A stretch of 64,000 nt of DNA from NCBI GenBank assembly GCA_964016885.1, contig OZ024741.1:192386001-192450000 (forward strand), read 5' to 3'. How positions within the stretch are numbered: position 1 is the first letter of the stretch; each line of letters begins with the position of its first letter. Source of the stretch: Eledone cirrhosa (taxonomy: Eukaryota). Under the pieces are notes generated by a model that ran no database searches, was not told where the DNA came from, and saw only the letters and a list, made by a program, of their open reading frames with translations. Shown piece by piece: positions 17,703-31,870 of this stretch. Made by a program: the position numbers and the translations under genes.

Positions 17703-20700
17703 ATGACCTCACTCAGAATAGGCAGCATAAATGCGCGTGGCTTGGGGTCGTCATGGAAGCAGGGTCACCTGCTCAACGACCTCAGGTCACTAAACATAGA
17801 TGTAGTGGTCATCAGCGAGACCAGAATCTCCGAAGCACTGGCCTTCGCACCGATCTTCGGCGGCTACGATGTGTACGCATCTCCCAGCCGTCCTGGATCG
17901 GGAGGAGGAGTTGCTGTGCTTTTTCGGAGAGGTTTGGATCTCGCCATACGGGCCATATTCCTGGACACAGAGGGTAGGTGGTGCTGCTGGACGTGACCAG
18001 CGGAGACGGGCAAGCTTTCAGGCTAGTGGCCGTCTATGCCCCGACAGGAGCAGGGCGGCCTGATTTCTTCCGGCGTTTGGAGACCTTTCTTGGAACGTCC
18101 CGCTCTTTAGTGGTAGTGGGCGACTGGAACGGGATCTTAGATGCACGCTGGGACTGTGTGGGATTAGCGGATAGGGGTGGAGGGTGCAAGAGCCTCACCA
18201 ACCTGCTCAGGCGTTTTGAACTGTCTGACAGGTACCGATTGGATTTCCCGAATGTGCCAATGTGGACTTGGACAAATCGCATAGGGTCATCCAGATCATA
18301 TCTAGATAGAGTATTTTTTAGGGAAATAGATAGGTCTAGCATAGGCTGTCCACAATTCAAGATAGTCAGCTACACGGACCACAAATTCGTGATCTGTGTG
18401 CTTGACTTATATAGGCTTCATAGACGAGGACCCGGCTACTGGAAGCTAAACGCGTCCTTACCAGCGCGCAAGGCCTACAGAGACCGGATTAAAGAACTAG
18501 TTAAGCGGGCGTTGACGGGGGCCATCGTCAACAACAAGTGGTGGTTTGCTCTGAAAAGAGCGATTAGAATAGAGTCCATTAGGTTTAGTAAGGCTTTAAC
18601 AATAGAGAAAAATAGAGCAGAGGGAGAACTAGTTAGAAAATTAGACGAGGCGCTTAGCAAAGGCATCGCGACCGACGTACTTGCGGCGAAATTGGCCCTT
18701 GACCAATTCGTCAATGCAAAGCACGAAGGCTGCGTTGTCAGAGCTAGGGTGCGTGTTCTCAGACACGAGGGGACGAAAGCCGTTCAATGGGCCCGAGTCG
18801 CGGAGGCGCGTCGTGGCAACAAAGCCACGATCTGGTCTTTGGTGGACCACGACGGGCGCATGCTACTCGATCCCGGGCAAATGTGTGAAGCTTTTCAGCT
18901 ACACTTCGCTCAGCTGTTCGGGGACAGCGGTGGACCGGATCGAGGGATGGACTTTAGTGTCTACCTCGACGGGCTGCCGCGGCTCTCGGCCACTGAGGCG
19001 GAGTGTTGCGAAAAGCCGATAACAGCCGCTGAAGTACGGGAGGCAATGACTAGCCGCACAAGGGGTAAATCGCGTGGTTTGGATGGTCTGCCCTATGAAC
19101 TTTACGTACAGATGCCAGACTTGTTCGGAGGCCTCTTGGCGGACGTCTACTGCAACTGGCAACAGAACGGGAGAATTCCCAGCTCTGTGAGCCGAGGAGC
19201 GGTGGAACTGCTGAGAAAGGATCCAAACAAGGGGGATAACATAGATAATTTCAGGCCCATAACTCTGCTAAACACAGAGTTCAAAATTTTGGCCAAGGTG
19301 CTAGCAAAGAGGTTGGCGCTTGTCGTTGGTGGTCTGGTGGGAGAGGCGCAGACATGCGCCATTCCCGATAGATCCATCCACGACAACCTCCACTTCATGC
19401 GATACATCGTAGAGAGGGTAGCTAGGGAACCTGGCACGGGTGGGTCCTTGATCAATTTAGATCAGTCGAAAGCTTTCGATAGGGTCGACCATCGTTACCT
19501 AGCGGCAGTCCCGAGGGCGGCTGACTTTGGGCCCGTCTTCAGAGGCTGGATCGCTGCCATGCACAGCGACATCTGCTCCGTGGTGAGAGTGAACGGTCAC
19601 CTTTCGGAACCGTTCAACATCATGCGCTCGGTCTGCCAAGGATGTCCCCTCTCGTCCCTCTTTTACGTATTGACTCTCGAGCCATTACTGCACAAACTGG
19701 AGACGTTGAGGGGCGTCCCGCGCGAACTAGGATGCGGAAGATCCGTGTCAGCATATACGGACGATGTCACCGTAGTGGTGTCGAACGCCAAACACATCGA
19801 GGCGATCGGCACTACACTAAGAGAATACGAAGCGGTAACAGGAGCAATGATCAACCAGGAAAAGTCAGTGGGCCTGCAGCTCGGCACCTGGAGAGACAGG
19901 TCCATGCCGTCCAACAGCGTCGTCGGACGCTGGATACGGACCGGTTAAATTGCTAGGAGTCTGGTTCGGTCCGGACCTCCAGACGCACAAAAACTGGGAC
20001 GAGGTGACGAGCAGGGTGGCTTCTCTCACCCAGAAATGGGCCGAGAGGAAGCTATCCCTGAAAGGTCGAGCGGAGGTGGCGAATGCGTACATCGCATCCG
20101 TCATCTACTACCGCCTGACCGTCGTACCTTGTCCTAAGCCCCGCCTGACTGCGCTGGAGCGTTTGCTCTTTCGCTTCTTGTGGAAGGGACGCGCTCCGAT
20201 GGTCAGGCGGTCCATCTGCTGTCAACACCCGCTACGTGGAGGGCTGGGCATGCCGTGGCTGATGATGCGCAGACACGCGCTCAGGCTACGACATCTCCAC
20301 CTCTTCCTCGACGGTGATCAGGTGTGGTCGCCGTTTGCAAGACACGTTTTTCCCCAGCTCGTCTCCTTGACGGAGCTGCAGTCCTGGGTCAAGCGAAGAC
20401 CGAGAGGGAGCGCTTGGAGACTGGAATGTCTTCAGGCGCTCACAGCCCTCGACCAATCGGGCAATGTGATCGGTGGAAACTCCACCTTGGCGTTCTATAG
20501 GGGATTAGTGGAGGGGAAGAGCGACGACGTACTTGGAGAAACTCTAGGCGTCGACGAAAATCAACTAGCCAATCTCTTCGGAAGGACTTTCGGGCCGGGG
20601 CCTATGGACAACTTCCAGAAATCCCTGGCCTGGCAGTGCTACCGAGGAGCTTTGCCAGTTCGGGATAAACTCTACAGGCATGGAGGTGCCGTCAGCCGGG

Positions 20701-21119
20701 CATGTCCGAGATGCGCGCAGGGCGACGAAACCGTCCTGCACGCACTCGTCCAGTGTCCGAGCATTGCTGACTTGTGGGTTTATGTCGAACACCTGCTGTC
20801 ACGTGTAGGACCTATCCAGCTATCAGCTGAGTCCATCGTGAGGATTGCCCCGCCCCCTTCCTTTAGCCTGGAAGGGCAGGCAGTTTTTATCTGTCTGGTG
20901 ACCATGGCGAAAGAGATAGTATGGTGGACACGTTTGAAAGGGCTGAAGACGAGCACTTACCTCTTCGGTGATGCCCTGATTGACTTTTTCAAATTTCATT
21001 TGAAAAGGAAAATCAGGGTAGAGAGGGAAGTGCTCTCTTCCCAGCATTTTGTTGAAAGATGGGTGAGAGAAGCAAGTATGGCCCGAATGAATGGGCCTTC
21101 TCTGAGTATGTGTCTGTAA
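17703..21119 (+). pseudogene. LINE ORF2 (APE + RT + C-terminal zinc motif) with two frameshifts
   Basis: SINARGL, ISET, AVYAP, VGDWN, SYLDR, TDH (APE); NFRPITLLNTEFKILAK, LDQSKAFDRVDH, QGCPLS, YTDD (RT); CPRC...ETVLHALVQCP. Frame changes near 17978 and 19948. Confidence 0.92.
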
Positions 21120-21361
21120 ATTAAAGGTGGAAAACTGGGAGAGGGCACTTGCCCTGGTGGTCAGGGCCACTGTGGTCTTTTAATGGGCTTTCTCCACAAA
21201 TGTCCCTTGGAAGTCTCCCCCCTATTGGGGAATTTTTCTTTGTTATTTTATTTCAACCTCTGTTTTTTTACACGCAGAAATGCCCATTTGTACCGTCCTG
21301 TATTGTCCTGTACTGTCCTTAATGTCTACTTTATGTGAACCCTTGTGGTTAATAAAGAAAA

Positions 21362-21362
<1 letters not shown>

Positions 21363-21425
<63 letters not shown>

Positions 21426-21790
21426 GAGAGCGCCATGAGGGTTGACACGCCTTCCAGAAGGTCCTGTCAGAAGGAATCGTTTCCAAATGAACTGGCTGGA
21501 TCATCAAGCGAGACCGACCGAGCTTATTGATATTATCTAATCATCTTGCTCGTGGTCTGACGCAGAGGCAGACCACGAGCAATAGATGGTATTTCTCGTG
21601 AAACCTGTTCACAGATTCTTTGCGTAGACATTCTAACCACATGTCCGTAGTATCGGAGCTATGATATCTCAACTCGGAGAAGGATCACTTGCCGTATGGC
21701 ACTCGGCAGCAAACCTATTCAGTGCATGACGGAGATCATCTGACGAGTTAAGTAGTACCGTATCATTCGCAAATTCCATCCGACTGATTC
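21363..21790 (-). mobile_element. RTE-type LINE 3' fragment with (TAA)n tail
   Basis: Minus strand reads LRYYGHVVRM, then a 3' UTR ending GGCGCTCTC-AATAATAAT. Confidence 0.55.
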
Positions 21791-21809
21791 TACTCCTCAA
21801 ATTAACCAG

Positions 21810-22660
21810 CCATTCTCGCAACATTCATCCACCTTTTAGCAAATGTACTGGAGGCAGCACTTCTCTCTCCATCCTTACCCTCCTTTCCAAGTGAAACTTG
21901 AGGAAGTTGACGAGGGGATGACCGAAGAGAAAAGTGTCTGTCTTAGTCCTTTCAACCTGGTCCACCATGCAACCCTTTTCACTACCGCCACCAGACAGAG
22001 GAAAACTGCCTACCCTTACCCACCAAAAGAAGGTGGCGGAGCGATATTCACTATAGACGGATCCGTTCTACACGTGACAACAGCTGCTCGACATATCTCC
22101 CTGTATGTAGAGTTTATCTTTAACCGGCAGTGTCCCCCGGTAGCACTGTCAAGCGAGGGATTTATGGAAGTTATCCGTAGAACCCCGGCTCTAAATTCCT
22201 TCGATTAGTTCAACTTCATCGACGTCCAAAGCCTCTTCGAGTGCCTCGGAGCGCTTGCCACCATTAATCCTCTATAGAACTCTAGAGTGGAATTTCCACT
22301 GACCGCATTGCCCGCCTTGTGGAAGGCAGTAAGTGCCTGGCAACATTCCAGATGCAAGTTGCTCAGACTCGGCCCCTTCTTGACCCAGGACTGCAGCTGC
22401 GGAAAAGCCTGTCTCACAAACGGCGACTACGCCTGTTCACCGTTTAAGCAGAATATCTGGAGATGTCGCAGCCTCAGTGCATGTTTGCGCATTATTGGTT
22501 ACGGCATGCCATCCTCCCGCATAGAGCGTGCTGGCACTAGATGGACTGCCTAAACAACAGAACCTGTCCCCTCCACGAGAACTTAAAGAGAAGCCGCTCC
22601 AATTTGGCGAGGCGCGAACGGGGGCAAGGTCACCACTGGAGTCAAAACCCGGATTTGAGG
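21810..22660 (-). mobile_element. Decayed 3' ORF2 fragment of a related Tx1-type LINE
   Basis: FPQLQSWVKK, LECCQALTA, GNSTLEFYRGL parallel the 19950-21119 frame. Confidence 0.8.
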
Positions 22661-22862
22661 TCATTCAAATAAATCTAATTTTAAGGTTTTGAAAGCGGGG
22701 ACATTGATTTTGAAGTAGTTGTCCTTTTCCCTCGCTTTGTTACGCAATGATGTTGGCTTCTTAAGGAAGCACGAAAGCAAAGATTTACGAAAAGAAATGA
22801 AAATGAGATTGAAATAATTACAAGTTATCAATGACAACAGAGATAAAATGTTTACTACTCAC

Positions 22863-23027
22863 CATCTAAAGAAGTCGACCCTTTGTCCTTTCCGATCTCA
22901 GCCAAAGACATACTTCGTTTCCCAGATGGGTTATTAATCGAATCTTCTTCCTTTTCTTCCTCTAACATCTCAAATCGATAAGATCTATACATGTCATCAA
23001 CTCCGTTGATATCAGAATCGGAATACT
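22863..23027 (-). CDS. Host gene internal exon (165 nt), acidic and low-complexity
   Basis: Acceptor tattttcttacag, donor ATG|gtgagt, phase 1-1, open frame YSDSDINGVDDMYRSYRFEMLEEEKEEDSINNPSGKRSMSLAEIGKDKGSTSLD. Confidence 0.72.
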
Positions 23028-23099
23028 CTGTAAGAAAATATAACAGAATTCATTTTAGCCAAACACAACAATAGAAGACAAACAGACAAATTATTAATA

Positions 23100-23318
23100 C
23101 TTCTTTCTAATATTGGCTCAAAGCCTGCAATTCAAAGAGATGAGGAAAGTCGATTAAATTGACTACAGTGCGTTACTGGTGCTCTATTTTATCGACTCCA
23201 GAAGGTCGAAAGGCAAAGTTAACTTTGGTAGGATTTGAACTCAGAAAGTCGTAACTATTATAAATACCGAAACACATTCTATTCTAAATTCTACCAATAT
23301 TGTCAATACACCGCCTTA
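23100..23318 (-). mobile_element. Diverged SINE copy
   Basis: TTTTATCGACTCC...GAAAGGCAAAGTTAAC...GATTTGAACTCAG. Confidence 0.7.
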
Positions 23319-23859
23319 GTGGATTGATAAACCTAAATGGTAATCCCAAATGGTATTAATTATATTCTTAATGTTTGAGGATTGATATAAAATTGGACAG
23401 AGTATGTCTTTATATACACCCATGTATACACAAATGCTTATATAATATGCATTGATACTGTAGAGGGTATATATACAGAACGTGTAAAGGATATATAAAC
23501 ATGAAGTGTTCTTCTAATGTCATTCAATACTGTATATAAACAATGTTAAACTTTTTTACTCAAGGCTGAAACATTGCAGTCACTGAAATCAAAATCTCAA
23601 CACTCATACACAGCTCGCTACATCTATATTACTTTAAACAGCTCACCTCTCTACCGTATCAATTCTGAAATTCAAGCAATTTACTGACACGAATAGTTCT
23701 TTAAAATAATAATTACACAGTGGAAGACTAATATTATATTGTTACAGAGTCATGACACTTTATCTATATTCTGTTTCCTATATTATACAAGCTGATCCAG
23801 TGGGAATTTCATAGTGTTATTAGAATCAATCACCAAGTTTTAAAGATCAATATGGCAAA

Positions 23860-25900
23860 GCTGTTCTGCCCGAGAACGGGATGCAGATGGAGGATAGCAA
23901 TACGGCCACCAGATATGGTTAGTCGCGAATAAGAAACCATGTACCACCAGCGGTAAACTCTTAGGGGAGACAGAGCAATGGGTGGTACCTTCAACTCCCA
24001 AGAAAACCCTCACAACCCCGCGATGAGGCTATGACGAGGCGAGGAAAAAAAACCTAGTCTTCGTGGGGCTGAGAAAAGTATCAGATCGGTGACTGGCGCA
24101 ATTAAGACCACCAAAACTGCAATATGATGAGAGGCAGCAAAAAGAATCATACCACATCATCCTTTGTGCAGGTTAACAAGGGACGTTTTCAGTCCTTAGG
24201 TAATGAGGCCTGTCCGAAAAATGTATTGCAGTCTGCATTTCATGCTGTAAAAACGAGCGATGAGCCTACGACAAGTTCTGGAAGGCGGGGAATAGGCGCA
24301 CAAAGATTGCTTATCCCGATATCCCAAAGAGGGTTCGGAAGGGAGTAAACCCTGAACATCACAGTTTACATGTAAGGAGCAGGAACTTAAGGAAGAGGTT
24401 AGATATTACCGGCTAGATATAGTCGGGGTTTCCTCAACAAAGATCCGTGTCACTGGTGATTTGGATGGAGAATGGAAACTACACTATTCAGGTGTGACAC
24501 CAGAAACGACTCTAAAGGCGTGAGTGGGGATACTCCCAAGTCCCCAACTGTCAGAATATGTTAAGGACTGAATCCTCTTACGAGGGAGGATTTGTCTCTG
24601 GTACAAGTTTATGTACCAAACAAGGAGTCTGAATACAGATCCTTCCTTGATGAAATCACTGCACTGACTCATATATCCTGAGAGACTTCAATGACCATGT
24701 TAGCACTGACTACCTGACTTGGAAAGGAGTGATTAAAGGAACGGCGATTCCGATCAAAATACGAATCCAGAGGCCTTATTAGACTAGCAATGAACTCTCT
24801 ATTATGAACACCTTCTTTCACCACAGAGACATCCTTAAATATACATGCTATGAGAGGAATCATGGACAGAGATCAATAATTAATTTTGTTATTGTCTGAT
24901 TTTTTTCGATTCTATGCTGAGGTGTCAACTATTAAGCATCGAATGATATGCAACTTGAGACTACCCAAAGCCAAAGAAATCCACAAAACTGGCAAGTCCA
25001 AGTCGACCTACAGGATAAAGTGGATGCGTTGGTGGATAAGGAAGTCAGGACAAGGTATGCAGGTACCATTGCATCCAAATTCAGAGAACTGTCTGAGAAA
25101 ACTGACGAACAGTGTGATTTTCGGCCCCCATGCAGCACAGCTGACTAAATATTCACACTGCAGCAGGTCTTTGAGAAATTGTGGGAGTACTTCCAAGAGG
25201 TATATTTTTCCTTTGTAGCTCGAAAAAACATATGATCGCATTCCACGGGACATGCTGTGGAAGGTTCTGTAGGAGTATGTGATGATGGACAACTTCTTGT
25301 TACTCTGATGTGTCTATATGAATTTCGGAGTATTCGTGTTCGGATAAATGGTGTTATAACGAAACCATTAAATTCTGGAGTCGGACTCCACTAAGTGTGC
25401 GCCCTGTCCCTCCTGTTCATTACTTTCATGAACAGATTGACATGCGCAGCTGGGTTGTAAGTGGTATCACAACTAGCAGGTGTAAAATCAGTCGACTGGA
25501 ATTTGCAGATGACATGGTGTTACTTAACTCGTCAAATTGGTAAGTTTGCTACCGAGTGCTACTGAGTGCTGTTATAACTGAGACACTCATCCTTTCAAGG
25601 AAGCCTGCACAGTGCACGATACATGTGAATGGAGTTCCACTGAAGCAGGTAGAGAAGTTCAAGTATCTCGGGACCGTGTTCACGAGTGATGGAAGTCAGG
25701 AGGCTGAATTAAGCGCAAGAATTGCAGGAGCTGGTGCAGTCCAGATATTAGGGGCATGTGTTTAAAAATGTCTCAGGAAAGAATTGCTGGACAGATCTTA
25801 CGAACAAAACCCACCCGCAAGTGACCCAGGAGTAGACCCTAAGCAACATGGTTGAATAACGTCGATGAGCTCCACTGGGAATCCAGCCGGATCAGTTATA
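23860..25900 (+). mobile_element. Heavily decayed RTE-clade LINE
   Basis: Remnants LEKTYDRIPRDMLWKVL, LEFADDMVLL, LKQVEKFKYLGTVFTSDG, ELSARIAGA; APE remnant LDIVGVSSTK. Confidence 0.75.
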
Positions 25901-27120
25901 ATAGTGATAAGACAAGACGATGAAGTTTCGTTTATATATTTTTATTGATTATCGACCTTTTATGTACGGTTCACAGATGATTGGCTCAAGGTCAACTAAA
26001 GAAGTTATGGACTCGACTCCAGAATCGATCTGCTCGTCCGGGATAAAAAAAATGCTAAACAAATTTTGAAACAAATACATTCTTGTAATCATTTCCTGCT
26101 CTTCCAAAGAGCGATGGTTGTCAGAAACCTGTAGAGCATCATTCTAAATGTCTTTATACTACTGTTGCCAAGTTGACACTGCTTTTAACTTTACTAAGGC
26201 GCCATACCAGTAATATGTTCGTTTAAATTTAATCAAGTGTCGCCTTCCCTGAAATACAACTTTTTGTTTTTCAATGTTAAGTATAACACTATCTCTTTTT
26301 ATCTTTCAATGCAGTTTCTTTTTTTAAATTTACTATTTTAAAAAGACATTTATTTATATATTTCATTTTCTCTTTAACTTGTTAAAATTCAAATTGAAAA
26401 AAAAAAAAAAATTACGGATGATTTAAAAAATTCTATGAAATATTCCTAACAATATCAGCATTTTATTTCGTATGTGGTTCTGTTTTAAAAGTTAAATTCT
26501 TTATTAAGCAGATTTATATACGTAAATAAGTATTTTTAATGTATTTATCACTAAAGAAAAACAGACAGGATTCTGTATGTCAGTGTATTTATTCACACAT
26601 TTACGCAGGTTCGATTAAATCCTATACTGCTTCTGTACCGATATGTATTTATCGTATATCTCAGCTGCTTGGCGTACAATTTAATGTCTAATTAAATTAG
26701 CTGCCAGCATAAGCACTTATATTATGCAAACAGGATTTTCAATTAACTCATATTACTATATTTAGTAGGATTATAAAACCGTTAGTTACATATTTTTCTG
26801 TGGACATACTTCAATTAGAGTTGAAACTTGAAGCAGATCGTTCATTCTTTTTCGGTCCATGGAGAAATATGAAAAAATCGACGCAAGTTTACATTTGTCA
26901 AAATACTTATTTACAAATTTACGCAGCTTTGGTGAAATCTTATACTGTTTCTGTACATATATGTAATTATTCTATTTTAACTGTGTTATCATTGTTTTCT
27001 ACGTTAGGTTTTTAATTTAAAAAAAAAATTAATATTCTGTAAGATAGTTTAAACAAATAACATTGCCTTCTTTTATCGTCTAACGTTAAATATCTCAGTT
27101 TTCTGGACATATTTGTTCTG

Positions 27121-27297
27121 TATCGGTAGGGGGTTGGACGACATGCTTTGACGCATAGAGTTACGGCCCTTGCCATTCTGAGTTCAAATCCTGCCGAGGT
27201 TAACTTTGCCTTTCATCCTTATGGGGTCGATAAAATAAAGTACCAGTAATACACTGGATAATTGCTGGCCTTGTGCCAAAAGTAGAAACAATTATAT
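27121..27297 (+). mobile_element. SINE copy
   Basis: Same B-box, core and tail as 12517-12695. Confidence 0.85.
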
Positions 27298-29810
27298 GTA
27301 TGGGAAATACGTAATCAGACCTGTCAACTCGCCCCGTCCAACGGGGAGTTTGCAGGAGCCTTTGGGGTGGGTGATAGATGTCTTCTCTTGTGAAAATGGG
27401 TATAGCTTTCATTATGTAAAATCTCCCCAGTTCGCCTCATTTCTCCCCATTTTGGGGCACTTTTTTTACATGGTACTCCCCGTTTGGGCTTTTAGAGGTT
27501 GGCAAGTCTGACGTAATGTAGCTGCATTTTCTATTTTCCACTAGTAGATGGACTGATATCAGTTTGAGTGGAACTAATGTTCTAGATATACAAGAGAAAA
27601 CTTTAGTTTTGGCGTTAAGAAATGTTAAGTCTGACTTCACAAGACATATTAGCTAAAGAACAAGTGTAATGTTTTTGAAGGCCAGATCAGATGAATAGCT
27701 AGGTGGATGATATGATATCGGTAATCGATTTTGAGCCTATTTGCCTCAAGTTCTAATCCTTTTATTCAATCATGTCTTTTGACATGTACATTGTGCATAA
27801 TATATATATTTGTATATGTAGCGAAATCTGTCCACATCTTGACTCCTGGGTGACATTTAACGGTCATTTTCTGGGTTATCTCCTTTCGGGCGTCAACAGG
27901 TCTGAGATTGGACAACCTCGAAAGGTCAGGCCTTTTGTTCTCAAGGCTTGGAGACAGAGGAAGCGACATAGATAACTAGCTTGCCTTAATTCCAGCCAGG
28001 CAGCAGTTCGGAACATTTCTTGATTGAGTAAACATGTAAACATTTTGCTTTCCACAGACCTTTTGGGTCTTCCTGAATCTTCCTGTCTCTTTCTTTCTCT
28101 TACTCTCTCCCTTTCACCCAATCTCTATCTCTTTCTCTCTCTCTCAACCAAGCCAGTGAAGTTCATGTAGTTTTCTTGGTAAATATAATTTAATTCTACT
28201 TTTACAAACAAACAAATAACGTTCATTATTCTTGTGTATTTTTCGTATAGCTTCGGCGTGAGCTATTTTCAATAAATTAATAATATAGCGGCTTGGTGTT
28301 ATCGTGGTTCATTTATATATATTCATTTTCTGTGTGATTAAGGAACTATCATATCATCCTCATAATCAACACTTACTTGCCACATGCAACCTCTGGTACC
28401 ACTGTATCACACAACAGTGACCACACCACACAGCAAGCTACAAGTGAGCACACACGCAACAAACAAATCAACACCACAACACAATCAACTACCAACACGA
28501 CCATCAAATCTTCGCTATATAAATTATATGTATTTGGCCATAATTACAAAAATACGTAATTAGTTGGTAGACTACATTTCATAGTCGGCCTGGACCTGAT
28601 ACCAGATTTAGGGCCCTACATTTTAAATCTGACTTATTACTCGCTTTGAGGGACATACATTTTACATCTCGGCCTATTATCTACAATACACGGACCTGAT
28701 AACACGTAGACATTCAGTGAACATTACACATATTTTTCTCTTTTTGATGCATTCATATTTGAATAACACAAACGATTGCAACCTCTTTTATGACTATATA
28801 TAAGGTAATAAGCAAAAAGCGGAAATATAACGGAGAGCCGGTAGCAAAACGGGTGCGGATATAAGACAGCTTAAATATAACATTTTGGTTTCAATTGTCA
28901 CGTAAAATTCAGGGTTTTTCTCTTTATCAACATTTCTTTTTCGTTATATGAACATCTTACATTTAGTATATGTAAATATATTCGTCTAAAATGTATGTTT
29001 TTACATACACGCGTGTGCTGTGTGTGTATGCACGCGCGTATGTGTTTGTGTACATGTATATGTATATGTATATGTGTATGTGTCTGTGTGTATGTTTATA
29101 TGTGTATAAATATTTGCTTCTCATATGAATTCAAGAATGATTCACTTTACTTTCATATAAAGAGGGAAAAGAAACCGAATACATTTAATCTATATAAGTG
29201 TATATAATAGTTGATGACCCGCTTTCCTATATAACTACGCTTTGCCCTCCTTCCTGTTTCCCTTTAAATATGCAGTACCTTCTCATCGTCGGCTCATCTA
29301 TATGGCAAGACCAAGACCCCACCCACTAGATACAGAGAATACTTTAATGTATGATACAACAACATGGGTGACCAGAGAATTCTGACTGAGTGACGAAACT
29401 ATAGAAGTGGCGGTATTTCATTGTTGCAGACACGTAATACACCGATCACCTCAACGAAAATTTCGTTGTCTGTATATGGATCCACGAAGTCCCTGGTTTT
29501 ATTCGCGCTGTGTGGGGTGCTAGGTAAAAGAATATGATATAGACGAGAAAAGTGCCTTCCCATCAAATTTTATAGTGATAAACGCCAGTGCGATAAGACA
29601 GACTTTCTCTAAAGGTTTTAAGAAGTTTGTATAGAAAAATAAAAAACACAAACAAAACAAAACAAAAAAGAGCAAGATGTCCAGGAAACTAGCTACACTG
29701 CAGGTTTCAAGTAACTACTTCCATCTCATAGAATATATGAGCCTATATACAACAACACGTACATACACACACATAGATAGATGCTTATACCCCCAACGCA
29801 ATTAGATATA

Positions 29811-31215
29811 CTAACAGAAAAACCACCCTTCGGGTGGTTTTCTGCTAGCATGTGTAGTGTGTGTATTGATATTATACGCAGTATATGTGTAGATATGATA
29901 CATCAAATAAAATCGTAATTGACAATATACATAGAAATTGAACGAAGACTGCGTTACACTGTCTTATGTAATCAGTAACGTAATCCATGACACATTAAAC
30001 ATGACGATATCTAATATATATTTGTGAAATGGGTGGTGGTTGAAATTCAGATGTGCACGGTTAAATGGTAGTAGACGTGGTCGGACGGACATGAAAATTT
30101 ACACACCTATGTAAAAAGTGCCAAGGAAGCAAATAGACGAGGTTTCAAATCTCTAACTTGAAAAATGTGGTCCCTAGGGCCCCCAAACGGTCTATTTACT
30201 ATCGCGTTCGGTGAGTTATTTCTCCCTGTTCTAATACTTGGATGAGTTATTTACAATTTCACGTTCTTTCGCTGTTAACATACAGTACCAATAATTTGAA
30301 AAATATTATTGAAAGTTTATTATAAAGAAGCAGTTTCAGGAAAAAAAATAGAAATATGCACTTGGGGCTGGACGGCGTACAATGAGAAGTGGAGCGACGT
30401 GAAAAGCGTTGTTTATTAACAGCGGAATAGCAATGTCGATGATATGCAAGTTTGAAAATGCAGATTAATAAACTGTTGCCTTCTACAGTACGTTTCATTT
30501 TCACAGTACCGTTTTATGAAATCGATTCTGCCGTACGGTCACTGTTTTCCATCAAAAGAAATAAAACCCTTAAATTGCGTTCACCACCACTAACAGTAAG
30601 TAGTATTTTTCAAATTGCATATCATCGACATTGCTATTTCGCTGTTAATAAACAACGCTTTTCACGTCGCCCCACTTCTCATTGTACGCCGTCCAGCCCC
30701 AAGTGCATATTTCTATTTTTTTTTCCTAAAACTGCTTCTTTATAATAAACTTTCAATAATATTTTTCAAATTATTAACTTGGTCCCGGGTCCAACCGGGC
30801 TCAGCTGCTAGTTATATATAAACTGCATTAGGAGAAAATTAGTGACAGAAAATTAGTATGTTTATTTAAGCGATGGCCAACCGGAAGTGTTGAAATTTCA
30901 GAAATTTTAAAGAAGTGAATCTTTAAATAAACAAAAAAATATATATATATTTAATCAACAGCCACAAAATTTAGTAGATAAATTATGTACACAGTTACGC
31001 CCCTTTACAAACTGAGTTCAAATCCCGCCGCGGTTAACTTTGCCTTTCATCCTTACGGGGTCGATAAAATAAAGTGCCAGTAATGCACTGGGTAATTGCT
31101 GGCCTTGTGCCATAAGTAGAAACAATTATTTATTCAAAGTAATCCAACTTATTTTACTAATGGGATAAACAAATTATAAACCGTACGCAGTCCCGCGCTC
31201 CTTACTTTTAGATAG
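29811..31215 (-). mobile_element. Non-autonomous Helitron-like element, host of a nested Helitron and a SINE (31012-31130)
   Basis: Subterminal hairpin AGAAAACCACCC-GAA-GGGTGGTTTTTCT then GTTAG. Colinear with a second copy at 43495-44215. Confidence 0.65.
30010..30811 (+). mobile_element. Non-autonomous Helitron with an internal ~170 bp inverted repeat
   Basis: 5' TC, 3' hairpin CCCGG-GTCCAA-CCGGG then CTAG, inserted between A and T without TSD. Arms at 30291-30458 and 30604-30777. Confidence 0.8.
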
Positions 31216-31439
31216 ATATATATATGCATATACTCTTGCGCTTATAGAAAGTACATGCGTGCAGGCGTGTATTTTCTGTAGATCATATTCTTGTCCTTAT
31301 CATAAAATGGACGTATGTACATGTATGTGTTTATGTATATATATACTCTTAGTTTTATCATATCACGAACATGTGTGTTTATTTGTGTCTATGCATGTAT
31401 ACATACACACATATATACACACACACACAGACACACACA

Positions 31440-31515
<76 letters not shown>

Positions 31516-31724
31516 TATGTGTGCGTGCATATGTGCGCGTCTGTGTAAGTTTTTAAAATGCTAACACACACAAAAGAAATATTCTACAAAAGATGAAATG
31601 AGAAGTTTTTGTTGCGTGACAGATAAAATAATCCCTTTTGATTTTATTAAGATCTATCTATCGATGTATCAATTTATTTTTTATTTCTTTCACCCCCATC
31701 TCTCTTTCCCCACATATATATATA

Positions 31725-31765
31725 ATTACCCTCTTTCTCTTTTTCTCTCTCTGTCAGTGTATTTG

Positions 31766-31816
<51 letters not shown>

Positions 31817-31822
31817 TGTATT

Positions 31823-31870
<48 letters not shown>

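Larger units (their letters stand above)
15316..21362 (+). mobile_element. Near full-length L1/Tx1-type LINE inserted in (TTA)n
   Basis: GC-rich block with ORF1 and APE-RT ORF2, AATAAA at 21351, and (ATT)n on both sides. Confidence 0.92.

Noticed and set aside
27766-28121. Minus-strand ORFs as a first exon of the host gene
   Set aside because: No convincing splice donor or recognisable motif.
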